From contig CANMLL010000009.1 in the NCBI GenBank assembly GCA_947498775.1, positions 90,981 through 154,980 of the forward strand: 64,000 bases of DNA, in the 5' to 3' direction. Each line of letters opens with the position of its first letter. Within the stretch, counting starts at the first letter, position 1. The notes beneath the pieces were generated by a model. The model was not told the origin of the DNA, did not search any database, and saw only the letters and a list, made by a program, of their open reading frames with translations. This document shows positions 27,680-36,072 of this stretch, one piece after another. This stretch comes from an uncultured Aquimarina sp. (lineage in GTDB: Bacteria; Bacteroidota; Bacteroidia; Flavobacteriales; Flavobacteriaceae). Both the position numbers and the translations under genes were made by a program.

Positions 27680-30600
27680 ATGAAATTAAAATTACTTTTA
27701 ATTCCATTCATTACTTTATGCCTTATAGGGAAGCAGAATGGGATTGCACAGTCTGTATTTATCAATGAAATACATTATGATAATGTAAGTACCGACGTAG
27801 ATGAAGCTATCGAAATTGCCGGCCCTGCCGGAACAGATCTTACAGGGTGGACCATTATTTTATACAATGGAGCTGGTGGGGCACAATATGGTAGCACTAT
27901 AAAACTCTCAGGCACCATCCCCGATCAACAAAATGGTTTTGGTACCATCATTTTATTTCCTTCTGGAAGTATCCAAAACGGAGCACCCGATGGGATCGCG
28001 TTGGTTGATAACAACAATACCGTTCTCCAGTTTTTAAGTTATGAAGGTGCTTTTACTGCCACAGATGGCCCTGCTTCAGGATTAACCAGTACAGATATTG
28101 GGGTGTCTGAATCTAGCAGTACTTCTGCCGGAGCTTCTTTGCAATTATCAGGTGCCGGAACCATGGCTGCTGATTTTGTTTGGGAAGTCACAACAGCAAA
28201 TACATACGAGGCGGTAAATACTAATCAAGTATTCGGAACACCAATAATTTTACCTGTGATCAACGAATTTGTGTTTAACCACACTGGATCTGATACTGAT
28301 GAGTTTGTAGAAATACTAGCCGGTCCAGAAGCTGATCTAAGCGAATATTGGTTGCTAGAAATAGATGGTGACAGTAACTCGGCCGGTACAATAGACGAAG
28401 TAATCCAACTAGGCACTACCGATGTGAATGGGTATTTTACCACTGCTTTTGGTAGCAATACTTATGAAAACGGAACTGTAGCCTTATTATTAGTGAAAAA
28501 TTTCACCGGAAGCCTAAACCAGGACCTTGATACAAATGATGATGGGGTTTTCGATAGTACTCCTTGGGAAGAAGTTCTAGATGATATAGGGGTAAATGAT
28601 GGTGACGCTACAGATTTTAATTATGCTGCTGTTACTTTATTACAATCCTTTGATGGGATTTCATTCACTGTTGGTGGAGCGTCAAGATTTCCCAACGGAG
28701 AAGACACTGATACAAATACCGACTGGACTAGAAATGATTTTGATGGAAGTGGATTACCAAGCTTTCCAACAGTATCGGCAGAACCAGGAGAAGCTGTTAA
28801 CACGCCTAATCGTGAAAATGTAGTAATCGAAGACGGTGGTGGCGAAGAGGCAGTTATTGTTATTAATGAAATAGATGCCGATACTGAAGGTTCTGATGTT
28901 CTGGAGTTTGTTGAACTATATGATGGAGGAGTTGGAAATACAACTCTAGACGGGTATATTTTGGTATTCTATAATGGATCAAACGACCAGAGTTACGCAA
29001 CCTATGATCTAGCTAATCAGACAACAAATGCAAGTGGCTACTTTGTAATAGGAAATACTGATGTTCCTAATGTGTCATTAACATTTCCCGGTAATGGATT
29101 ACAGAATGGTCAAGATGCTGTAGCTCTTTACAAAACCGATGCGGCAAGTTTCCCCAACGGAAGCACTGTTACTACGGATAATCTTATCGATGCTATTGTT
29201 TATGATACAAACGATAGCGATGATGCAGAATTATTAGTGCTTTTAAACGCCGGAGAGCCACAAATAAATGAAGATGAAAAAGGAGATAAGGATTTCCATT
29301 CACTGCAACGTTTCCCAAACGGATCTGGTGGTTTAAGAAATACAAATACTTATACACAAGCAATCCCTACTCCAGGATCTGCAAATACTAGCGCTACTGA
29401 AGTAGTGAATCTAATCATTAATGAGTTTGATGCAGATACGCAAGGGTCAGACGCCTTAGAATTTGTTGAATTATATGACGGTGGAACCGGAAATACATCC
29501 TTAGATGGCTTCGTATTAGTAAACTACAACGGAAACAATAACACAAGCTATAATGCAATCGATTTGGATGGTTTCTCCACCGATGCTGAAGGATATTTTG
29601 TAATTGGTAATGCAGATGTAACCAATGTAGATCTTGTAGTGCCTGGAAACACCTTCCAAAATGGAGCTGATGCGGTAGTACTTTATTCTGGAGATGCAAC
29701 AAGTTTCACTAACGGAACAGCTGTAACTACAGATAATATCATTGATGCTATCGTATATGATACTGATGATAGCGACGATGCAGAATTATTAGTGTTATTA
29801 AATATCGATCAGCCACAGGTAAATGAAAATGCCAACGGAAGTAAAGATTTCGAATCTCTTCAGAGGGTTCCGAATGGAGAAGGTGGCGCTCGTAATACTA
29901 TAACTTATGTTGCTAAGGCTCCTACACCAGGTGCTAGTAACGATGGTATCATCGTAGTTCCAGGGGATCCAATAACCATTGCTGAAGCCAGAGCTGCAGC
30001 CGAAGGAACACCTGTTACCATTTCAGGGGTACTTACCGTAACTGATAGCTTTAATGGTCCTGCATTCGTTCAGGATTCAACTGGTGGTATTGCTGTTTTT
30101 GACGACTTAGTGCAAGCCGATGCCGCACTGAAGGTTGGAGATTCTATAACACTTACAGGAGTAAGAGCTGCTTTCAACGATCAAGTTCAGATTGGATCTG
30201 TAGTAGAAGTAATAAATAACGGACTTCCAAACAACCCAATAGTTCCACTAGAAATTACACTTGCAGAACTGGCTAATCATCCTGGCGAATTGGTTAGCGT
30301 GCTTAATACAACCTTCCCTAATCCCGGTGATCTTTTATTTGGCAACAGTAATTTTACACTTACCGATACAAGTGGAACAGGAGAATTACGTGTAGATAAT
30401 GATGTGGCATCTATTGTTGGTAAAGTTCAACCCGTTACTTGTCCAGAAATCACGGGTGTGGTAGGGCGTTTTATGGAGCTTTTCCAACTATTACCAAGAG
30501 AATTTGCAGATATTCCTTGCGCAGTAGAGTTTGTCCCTCCTGGTGATACCATTGGTTTTCCTAAAGAAGATACTTTTGACGTAGTAGCCTGGAATATTGA

Positions 30601-32293
30601 GTGGTTTGGAGACGAAAACAACTCTCCTGTGGGTCAAAATCCAATGTCTGATGCCATCCAAAGAGATAGTACTGCTACGGTACTTAAAAGGTTAAATGCT
30701 GATGTATATGCTGTTGAAGAAATTGCCGATGATGCTTTGTTTGCCGAATTGGTAGCTCAGTTACCTGGATATGACTATATCTTGTCTGATGCAGTCTCAA
30801 ATCCTGGTGGCACTCCACCGTTTCAAAAAGTAGGATTCATTTATAATACTGAAACCGTTTCTGTGGTCAATACCCGAGCAATGCTTACTTCTATACATCC
30901 ACTCTATAATGGTGGTGATGATGCTGCTTTGGTAGACTACCCAAGTGAGACTTCGCGTTTCTTCGCAAGTGGTAGGTTGCCTTTCTTAATGACAGCCGAT
31001 GTAACTATCAACGGAGTAACAGAGCGAATCGATCTTATTGCATTACACGCAAGAGCCAACAGGGGTACAGATGCGCAAAACCGTTATGATATGCGTAAAT
31101 ATGACGTTGAAGTGTTAAAAGATTCACTTGACGCTAATTTTGGCAACAACAAATTAATTTTATTAGGAGATTATAATGATGATGTAGACGAAACCGTGGC
31201 CGATATTCCTTCTACTATTTCTAGTTTCCAGGAATATGTAGATGATACGGCTAATTATACCATTGTTTCTTCTGCATTAAGTGAAGCTGGCTTACGTTCT
31301 TTTGTGTTTAGAGAAAATATGATTGATCACATCGCCATCACTAACGAACTTGATGAAGCCTATATCGAAAACTCTGTTACGGTTCATTATGAGGTGTATG
31401 ATGCAGATTATACGTTTACGACTTCTGATCACTTCCCGGTTTCGGCAAGATTTTTACTAGAACAACCTTTTCTAGATAATGAATGTGCAGCAACATCGGT
31501 GGTGTCTTTTGAACAGGGAAAAAGAAAAGATGGTGGAAGAATATCAATGCTAAGAAGTTTTCCAGAACGTGCTCTTGGGACTCCTAACGAGATAAAATAC
31601 TTTGATTTTGTAAGCTTAGGATTTGGTGGGTCCATCACTATTGAGCTGAATAATGAGATTTTTGACAATAAAGATACTAACGAATTTGCTGTGTTTGAAT
31701 CTACCGGATTCTTTGGTAATATACCTTGTAACTATTTCCCGGAAACTGCTGAAGTATTTGCATCGCAAGATGGTGTAGAGTTTGTTTCTTTAGGAACTAC
31801 GTGCCAGGACGGAGAATTTGACCTTGCAACGGGTAATTTATCTTCTGCAAAATACATTAAGGTTGTAGATACCAGTGATAGAAATATTTTCCCTTGGTTT
31901 GCAGACGGTTTTGATCTGGATGCTATTATGTGTTTAGAAAACGGAGAAAATGTTCTTGCAAAACAAAATGTGGTATTAGCAGAAAACCCAACCGCTTTTG
32001 AAAGCGAACTAATGGAAGAAGGCTTTGGTTTAGAAGAAGTAAAAGTTTCTGTATCCCCTAATCCGGTTCGTAGTAATTTATTTGTTGATTTTAATGTGCT
32101 GTCAAAAAGTGAAATCGATGTTTTGATCACAGATGTTACTGGCAAAACGGTATACAAGCAAACGGTTCGATTAACTATTGGACAATCTAAATTATCTGTT
32201 GACATGAGTCGTTTTCCTAATGGATTTTATGTGGTTCGAGTTTCTGATACAAAAGGAAGTTTTAGAATTACCGAAAAGGTTATTAAAAATTAA
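27680..32293 (+). CDS. T9SS-secreted ExeM/NucH-like extracellular nuclease with four lamin-tail-like modules
   Basis: Trimmed to ATG 27680 (signal MKLKLLLIPFITLCLIG). LTD-like modules open with (V/I)INE(I/F) at about 27755, 28255, 28850 and 29405. An OB-like segment follows (PVTISGVLTVTDSFNGPAFVQDSTGGIAVF). The EEP domain runs from DVVAWNIEWFG (about 30578) to SDHFPVSARF (about 31450). The last 80 aa or so look like a T9SS type-A sorting domain (SPNPVRSNLFVDF...NGFYVVRVSD). Confidence 0.8.
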   Translation: MKLKLLLIPFITLCLIGKQNGIAQSVFINEIHYDNVSTDVDEAIEIAGPAGTDLTGWTIILYNGAGGAQYGSTIKLSGTIPDQQNGFGTIILFPSGSIQNGAPDGIALVDNNNTVLQFLSYEGAFTATDGPASGLTSTDIGVSESSSTSAGASLQLSGAGTMAADFVWEVTTANTYEAVNTNQVFGTPIILPVINEFVFNHTGSDTDEFVEILAGPEADLSEYWLLEIDGDSNSAGTIDEVIQLGTTDVNGYFTTAFGSNTYENGTVALLLVKNFTGSLNQDLDTNDDGVFDSTPWEEVLDDIGVNDGDATDFNYAAVTLLQSFDGISFTVGGASRFPNGEDTDTNTDWTRNDFDGSGLPSFPTVSAEPGEAVNTPNRENVVIEDGGGEEAVIVINEIDADTEGSDVLEFVELYDGGVGNTTLDGYILVFYNGSNDQSYATYDLANQTTNASGYFVIGNTDVPNVSLTFPGNGLQNGQDAVALYKTDAASFPNGSTVTTDNLIDAIVYDTNDSDDAELLVLLNAGEPQINEDEKGDKDFHSLQRFPNGSGGLRNTNTYTQAIPTPGSANTSATEVVNLIINEFDADTQGSDALEFVELYDGGTGNTSLDGFVLVNYNGNNNTSYNAIDLDGFSTDAEGYFVIGNADVTNVDLVVPGNTFQNGADAVVLYSGDATSFTNGTAVTTDNIIDAIVYDTDDSDDAELLVLLNIDQPQVNENANGSKDFESLQRVPNGEGGARNTITYVAKAPTPGASNDGIIVVPGDPITIAEARAAAEGTPVTISGVLTVTDSFNGPAFVQDSTGGIAVFDDLVQADAALKVGDSITLTGVRAAFNDQVQIGSVVEVINNGLPNNPIVPLEITLAELANHPGELVSVLNTTFPNPGDLLFGNSNFTLTDTSGTGELRVDNDVASIVGKVQPVTCPEITGVVGRFMELFQLLPREFADIPCAVEFVPPGDTIGFPKEDTFDVVAWNIEWFGDENNSPVGQNPMSDAIQRDSTATVLKRLNADVYAVEEIADDALFAELVAQLPGYDYILSDAVSNPGGTPPFQKVGFIYNTETVSVVNTRAMLTSIHPLYNGGDDAALVDYPSETSRFFASGRLPFLMTADVTINGVTERIDLIALHARANRGTDAQNRYDMRKYDVEVLKDSLDANFGNNKLILLGDYNDDVDETVADIPSTISSFQEYVDDTANYTIVSSALSEAGLRSFVFRENMIDHIAITNELDEAYIENSVTVHYEVYDADYTFTTSDHFPVSARFLLEQPFLDNECAATSVVSFEQGKRKDGGRISMLRSFPERALGTPNEIKYFDFVSLGFGGSITIELNNEIFDNKDTNEFAVFESTGFFGNIPCNYFPETAEVFASQDGVEFVSLGTTCQDGEFDLATGNLSSAKYIKVVDTSDRNIFPWFADGFDLDAIMCLENGENVLAKQNVVLAENPTAFESELMEEGFGLEEVKVSVSPNPVRSNLFVDFNVLSKSEIDVLITDVTGKTVYKQTVRLTIGQSKLSVDMSRFPNGFYVVRVSDTKGSFRITEKVIKN
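28850..29959 (+). repeat. intragenic tandem duplication of a lamin-tail-like module (period about 555 bp)
   Basis: The two 185-codon units align colinearly, from INE(I/F)DADT(E/Q)GSD to PTPG(S/A). Shared nucleotide runs include gatgcagaattattagtg. Confidence 0.85.
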
Positions 32294-32362
32294 AGGAGGC
32301 AGAGCATCGAGGAGTTCTATAGATTAAATTATAAATAATATTTTGAATATTGACATAAAAAT

Positions 32363-32396
32363 AGTATATTTACTATGTATTAATAGTAAATGTACT
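32363..32396 (+). promoter_or_regulatory. 13-nt inverted repeat immediately upstream of the Xre-RES operon (operator or 5' hairpin)
   Basis: agtatatttacta - 8 nt - tagtaaatgtact. The arms are complementary at 12 of 13 positions, and the mismatch is G-U in + strand RNA. It ends 4 nt before ATG 32401. Confidence 0.45.
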
Positions 32397-32400
32397 TTAT

Positions 32401-32925
32401 ATGAGAAATAAAACTATTTCTTCCGCAGACAAGAGAAAGGCAGATGTTATAAAAAACATAGTAACCAGTGCTTCCAGAAAAGCAGAAATTTCTATTCCAA
32501 GCACCCGAAAGCATAAGTTAACTATTAATGAAAAGAATTATGTGTGGTCAACAAATAGGGAAAAAATAGGAGTAATAAGAAAAGGTTTGCCATATGCTGC
32601 TATTGAGCACATAAGTAAAAGAACCAATATTCCTGTTAAGCATTATTTAGAATCACTAGAAATTGTTCAAACCACCTATAATAAGAAGAAAAAAAGTAAT
32701 GCTGGTTTAAGTAAACAGGACAGTGAATTTATTGTTGAATTAATAGAATTATATGAATTTGGATTAAATGTTTTTAATAATGAAGAGGAAAAGTTTCAGC
32801 GTTGGTTACGAAAGCGGAATATTTCATTAGGTAATTCAAAACCCGAAAGTTTATTTGATAGTTTGGCAGGAATAAATGAAGTAAAAAAAGCGCTTAACAG
32901 GTTGGAGTACGGAAACATGGCATAA
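32401..32925 (+). CDS. Xre/ParS/MbcA-type antitoxin (HTH plus DUF2384-like toxin-binding domain)
   Basis: 174 aa. The C-terminal FQRWLRKRNISLGNSKPESLFDSLAGINEVKKALNRLEYG matches the DUF2384 pattern. The stop overlaps the RES gene start (TAATG). Confidence 0.7.
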   Translation: MRNKTISSADKRKADVIKNIVTSASRKAEISIPSTRKHKLTINEKNYVWSTNREKIGVIRKGLPYAAIEHISKRTNIPVKHYLESLEIVQTTYNKKKKSNAGLSKQDSEFIVELIELYEFGLNVFNNEEEKFQRWLRKRNISLGNSKPESLFDSLAGINEVKKALNRLEYGNMA

Positions 32926-33392
32926 TGAGAGTATTTAGAATAGAACGTGAAAAATACTTAGTTTCTACACTAGAAGGCATAGGCGCAGCAAAAACTGAGG
33001 GTTATCGTTGGAATAGTTTAAATACATACTTGGTTTATACTGCTTCAACTAGAGCCTTAGCAACCTTAGAAGTTTCTGTACATTTAGATTTAAGTGAAGA
33101 CTTACCTCTGGATAGATATTACGTAGAAATAGATATCCCTGATGATATGGAAATTTTAGAAATTGAAATTGAAGATTTACCAAAAGGATGGGATAATAAA
33201 CCTCCAATTTTACAGACACAATATATAGGGGATGAATTTGTTAAGTCTGATGAAGCAGCTATATTAAGAATACCTAGCTGTATTGTTCCTCCTGAATATA
33301 ATTATTTGATAAATCCAAAACATAAGGATGCATCAAAAATAAAAGTGATCTCAACAAAGGAAATGAAATTTGATAATAGAAACAAAGTCTAA
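32925..33392 (+). CDS. RES-domain toxin (NAD+-targeting family)
   Basis: 155 aa. GYRWNSLNTYLVYTASTRALATLEV carries the R ... E ... S signature spacing. Paired with the upstream Xre-like gene. Confidence 0.7.
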   Translation: MRVFRIEREKYLVSTLEGIGAAKTEGYRWNSLNTYLVYTASTRALATLEVSVHLDLSEDLPLDRYYVEIDIPDDMEILEIEIEDLPKGWDNKPPILQTQYIGDEFVKSDEAAILRIPSCIVPPEYNYLINPKHKDASKIKVISTKEMKFDNRNKV

Positions 33393-33396
33393 ACAG

Positions 33397-33433
33397 AAAA
33401 AAGCCGGCCGAATTATCAAATTCAGCCGGCTTT
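33397..33433. terminator. bidirectional hairpin terminator
   Basis: gccggc...gccggc stem extended by gaatt/aattc, flanked by an A-run and a T-run. It lies between convergent gene ends. Confidence 0.6.
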
Positions 33434-33437
33434 ATAA

Positions 33438-33692
33438 TTACTTCTTTTTATTCTCTAATTCGCGTTTTTTTCTTTTCGCTTCACGCTCTCGTTGTCTTTG
33501 TTGTCTTTTTAATTTTCTAAGTTCTTTTTTAGATAGTTTTTTGGTTGCTACCTTTTTTTGAGTCTTTTTTACAGTGGTTGCCGTTGCTTTTTCTGCAACT
33601 TCTTGTTGTTTTTCTTCTTTTTTCTTGTCACCACACGCAATTACTGTTATTACAAACAGTGTTACTACGAACCACTTTTTTAAAGTTTTCAT
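33438..33692 (-). CDS. small lipoprotein with an extremely K/R/E-rich tail, 84 aa
   Basis: Signal peptide with lipobox VIACG, followed by about 60 residues of lysine/arginine/glutamate-rich low-complexity sequence. Confidence 0.5.
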   Translation of the reverse strand: MKTLKKWFVVTLFVITVIACGDKKKEEKQQEVAEKATATTVKKTQKKVATKKLSKKELRKLKRQQRQREREAKRKKRELENKKK

Positions 33693-33868
33693 GATACAAC
33701 ATTTATTTAGTTTGTACAGTGTATAAAACGTAATAACTAATAAATTGTTTTATAGTTGACCTAAAGATAGTATTTATGGGGCACAAGGAGTGACAGCTAA
33801 ATTTTGAGTTCAAATAACAGTATTAGAATATAGCAACACAAATTTTATCAACCTCTCTTAAAAAAGAA

Positions 33869-33967
33869 TTTACTCGATAATCGAGATTTAAATGCTCCGA
33901 GGCTTGCCTCGAAATCAAAAATCAGTTTCTTACAAATGCCTCGTGGGCTTCCCCCGGTTCTTTACTC
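33869..33967. repeat. dispersed intergenic repeat, long copy (copy B)
   Basis: The first 40 nt are identical to 4074..4113 and the tail ggttctttact is shared. About 45 extra internal nt contain a second aaatgc...ggcttcc sub-unit. It overlaps the stop codon of the S41 peptidase gene. Confidence 0.8.
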
Positions 33968-35584
33968 CAATATCTTATCGTACTGGCTTTTATTGTTGAG
34001 TATTTCTTTGCTTTTAGCTACTTCTGGATTGTGTTTTACATAATAGGTATACAAACCTTCTCTATAAAAATAGCGTTTAATAATTTCATCGGTAAGTAGT
34101 GCAACAATTTCTTTTTTATAGGTGTCCAACGCTTTTTCTTTAGATAATTTTATCGAAGCAATCAGCGCATCATAACTAGCCGCAATATCACTGTCTAGTT
34201 TTTCTCTTTTTGCCGTAAGAAGCGCTTTACTGAACGAATTTTCTGTGGCCGTTTCAAAATTAAAATCACTTTGTTTTACAAACTGTTTAAAATCCTCATA
34301 ATCATTATCGGTAAACTTGAAGTCCCCAGAGTTTTCTAGCTGGTGGGTGTAATAATATTTGGTTGCGTAACCAAAAATGGCATCCGATTTTAACAATGCG
34401 GTTGTGATATCACTATATTTTGAGGTTTCCAGTTGGATATCGGGTTGTATCCCTCCACCATCATATACGGTTCTTCCTTTTTTTGTTTTAAAAGCTTTAA
34501 AATCTTTTTCGTCAATACGAACTGCATTATTGTTGTTATCGCGGTTCCAATAATCCAAGGCCTGTATGCATCGGCCACTTGGTGTGTAGTACCTAGAGAT
34601 TGTAATTTTTAATTGTGTCCCGTAGGTAAGTTTTTTAGGTCGTTGCACCAAACCTTTACCAAAACTTCTGGCTCCTATGACCACTCCTCTATCCAGATCC
34701 TGGATACCACCCGCTACAATTTCGCTAGCCGAGGCACTTCTCCCATTTACCAAAACTACCAAAGGTATTTGTATATCTATAGGGGCTTTTTTTGTAAAGT
34801 ACTCTTTATTGTATTTTTTCACCACAGATTTTGTAGTAGTAATCAATTCTCCTTTTGGAACAAATATGTTTGTAACATTTATTGCTTCGCTTAATAACCC
34901 TCCTGGATTTCCTCGTAGGTCCAAAATAATTTTATCGGCTCCTTTTGCTTTTAGATCTTTAAGCGCATCTATGGTCTCGCTAGAAGCTTTGTTGTTAAAT
35001 TTTGATAAAACAATATATCCTGTATTATCATCCAGTAGCGTATAAAAAGGAACGGCGTCTACCTCTATTTCTTCTCGGGTAAGCACTGTGGTTTTAGTTT
35101 CTCCTTGTCTTTTGTAGGTTATATCTACTTTGGTTCCGCTGGCTCCTTTCAATAATTCTCCTGCGTCTTCTTTAAAATCGGCTACTGTGATATCTCCTAT
35201 CTGAATAATCTCATCGCCTGCTTTAAGACCGGCTTTATCTGCCGGATAATTTTTATAGGGCTCTATAATGATGATTTTATCTTTTATCGTTTTTACAGAA
35301 GCCCCAATGCCCGTATATTCTCCTGCATTTCTAATTTTTGAAGCTTCTACATCCTGCTCATTCCAATACTTTGTATAAGGATCCAAATCATCAAGCATCG
35401 CTTTGATGGCAGTATCCATAAGCTCGGCGGGATTGGTTTCATCAACATAATTCATGTTCAACTCCTTGAACATGGTTGTGAAAATCTCAATTTGCTTTGC
35501 AATCTCAAAAAAGTCTGATTTAAAACTTACCGTCGTAAAAAAGATGGTAATGGCCAGTATTGGAAAGATTATTTTCTTTTTCAT
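33962..35584 (-). CDS. S41 family C-terminal processing peptidase with a PDZ domain
   Basis: 540 aa. PDZ segment GLKAGDEII, DLRGNPGG, and the catalytic region GRSASASEI. Confidence 0.85.
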   Translation of the reverse strand: MKKKIIFPILAITIFFTTVSFKSDFFEIAKQIEIFTTMFKELNMNYVDETNPAELMDTAIKAMLDDLDPYTKYWNEQDVEASKIRNAGEYTGIGASVKTIKDKIIIIEPYKNYPADKAGLKAGDEIIQIGDITVADFKEDAGELLKGASGTKVDITYKRQGETKTTVLTREEIEVDAVPFYTLLDDNTGYIVLSKFNNKASSETIDALKDLKAKGADKIILDLRGNPGGLLSEAINVTNIFVPKGELITTTKSVVKKYNKEYFTKKAPIDIQIPLVVLVNGRSASASEIVAGGIQDLDRGVVIGARSFGKGLVQRPKKLTYGTQLKITISRYYTPSGRCIQALDYWNRDNNNNAVRIDEKDFKAFKTKKGRTVYDGGGIQPDIQLETSKYSDITTALLKSDAIFGYATKYYYTHQLENSGDFKFTDNDYEDFKQFVKQSDFNFETATENSFSKALLTAKREKLDSDIAASYDALIASIKLSKEKALDTYKKEIVALLTDEIIKRYFYREGLYTYYVKHNPEVAKSKEILNNKSQYDKILE

Positions 35585-35628
35585 TGGTGTATTTTTTATA
35601 TAATTGCTACTGCAAAAAGGGTTGTAAA

Positions 35629-36006
35629 TTATTTTGTTTCTATCTCTTTTTCAACAAATTTTTGTAATATTCCTTTTACTTTTGGTTCTATAAACTGATA
35701 TTCGGGCATTTCATTTCCTGAATATAAAAACATAAAAGCGAATTGATGAGTAGTCTTGGGTACAAGATACTTATTTTTTCGATAACTTTCACGCAATAAA
35801 CGCTTTATACGATTACGATCCACAGCAGTTTTAAAATGTCGTTTACTTACCGATACTGCAGTTTTAATACTCACATCGTCATCAAAAACAGCTTCTCTGT
35901 ACACTAAGCGTATCGGGTGTTTAACAATAGTTTTCCCTTCAGAAAAAAGTAGCTCTATCTCTTTTTTACTCTTTAGTCTTTCTTTCGTATTAAAGGTTGC
36001 CTTCAT
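35629..36006 (-). CDS. rnpA: ribonuclease P protein component
   Basis: 125 aa, basic, with KERLKSKKEIELLF and AVDRNRIKRLLRE motifs. Confidence 0.85.
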   Translation of the reverse strand: MKATFNTKERLKSKKEIELLFSEGKTIVKHPIRLVYREAVFDDDVSIKTAVSVSKRHFKTAVDRNRIKRLLRESYRKNKYLVPKTTHQFAFMFLYSGNEMPEYQFIEPKVKGILQKFVEKEIETK

Positions 36007-36072
36007 GGGGCAATAAATGTAGTGATAAGATTTGTATTAGGGTTATAAAAGACAATGACCGGCTTGACCCTT

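Noticed and set aside
31732-32205. Long antisense ORFs inside confident genes. Examples are 31732..32205, 29418..29702, 6858..7241, 15701..16021, 23998..24369, 34677..35045, 41168..41584 and 56666..56956.
   Set aside because: They lie fully within, and opposite to, genes with strong family signatures. They have odd composition (Ser/Pro/Leu/Ile-rich, low complexity) and no recognisable motifs. These are typical shadow ORFs.
32350-32355. A perfect sigma70-type -35 hexamer TTGACA upstream of the Xre-RES operon
   Set aside because: No well-spaced canonical -10 follows (best candidate tatgta at 18 nt). Bacteroidota housekeeping promoters also use TTG / TAnnTTTG rather than TTGACA / TATAAT, so I did not call a promoter.
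33370-33561. Plus-strand ORF 33370..33561 opposite the K/R/E-rich lipoprotein gene
   Set aside because: It is a Phe/Leu/Ser-rich mirror image of the lysine codon runs and spans the hairpin terminator. The minus-strand ORF has a proper signal peptide and lipobox.
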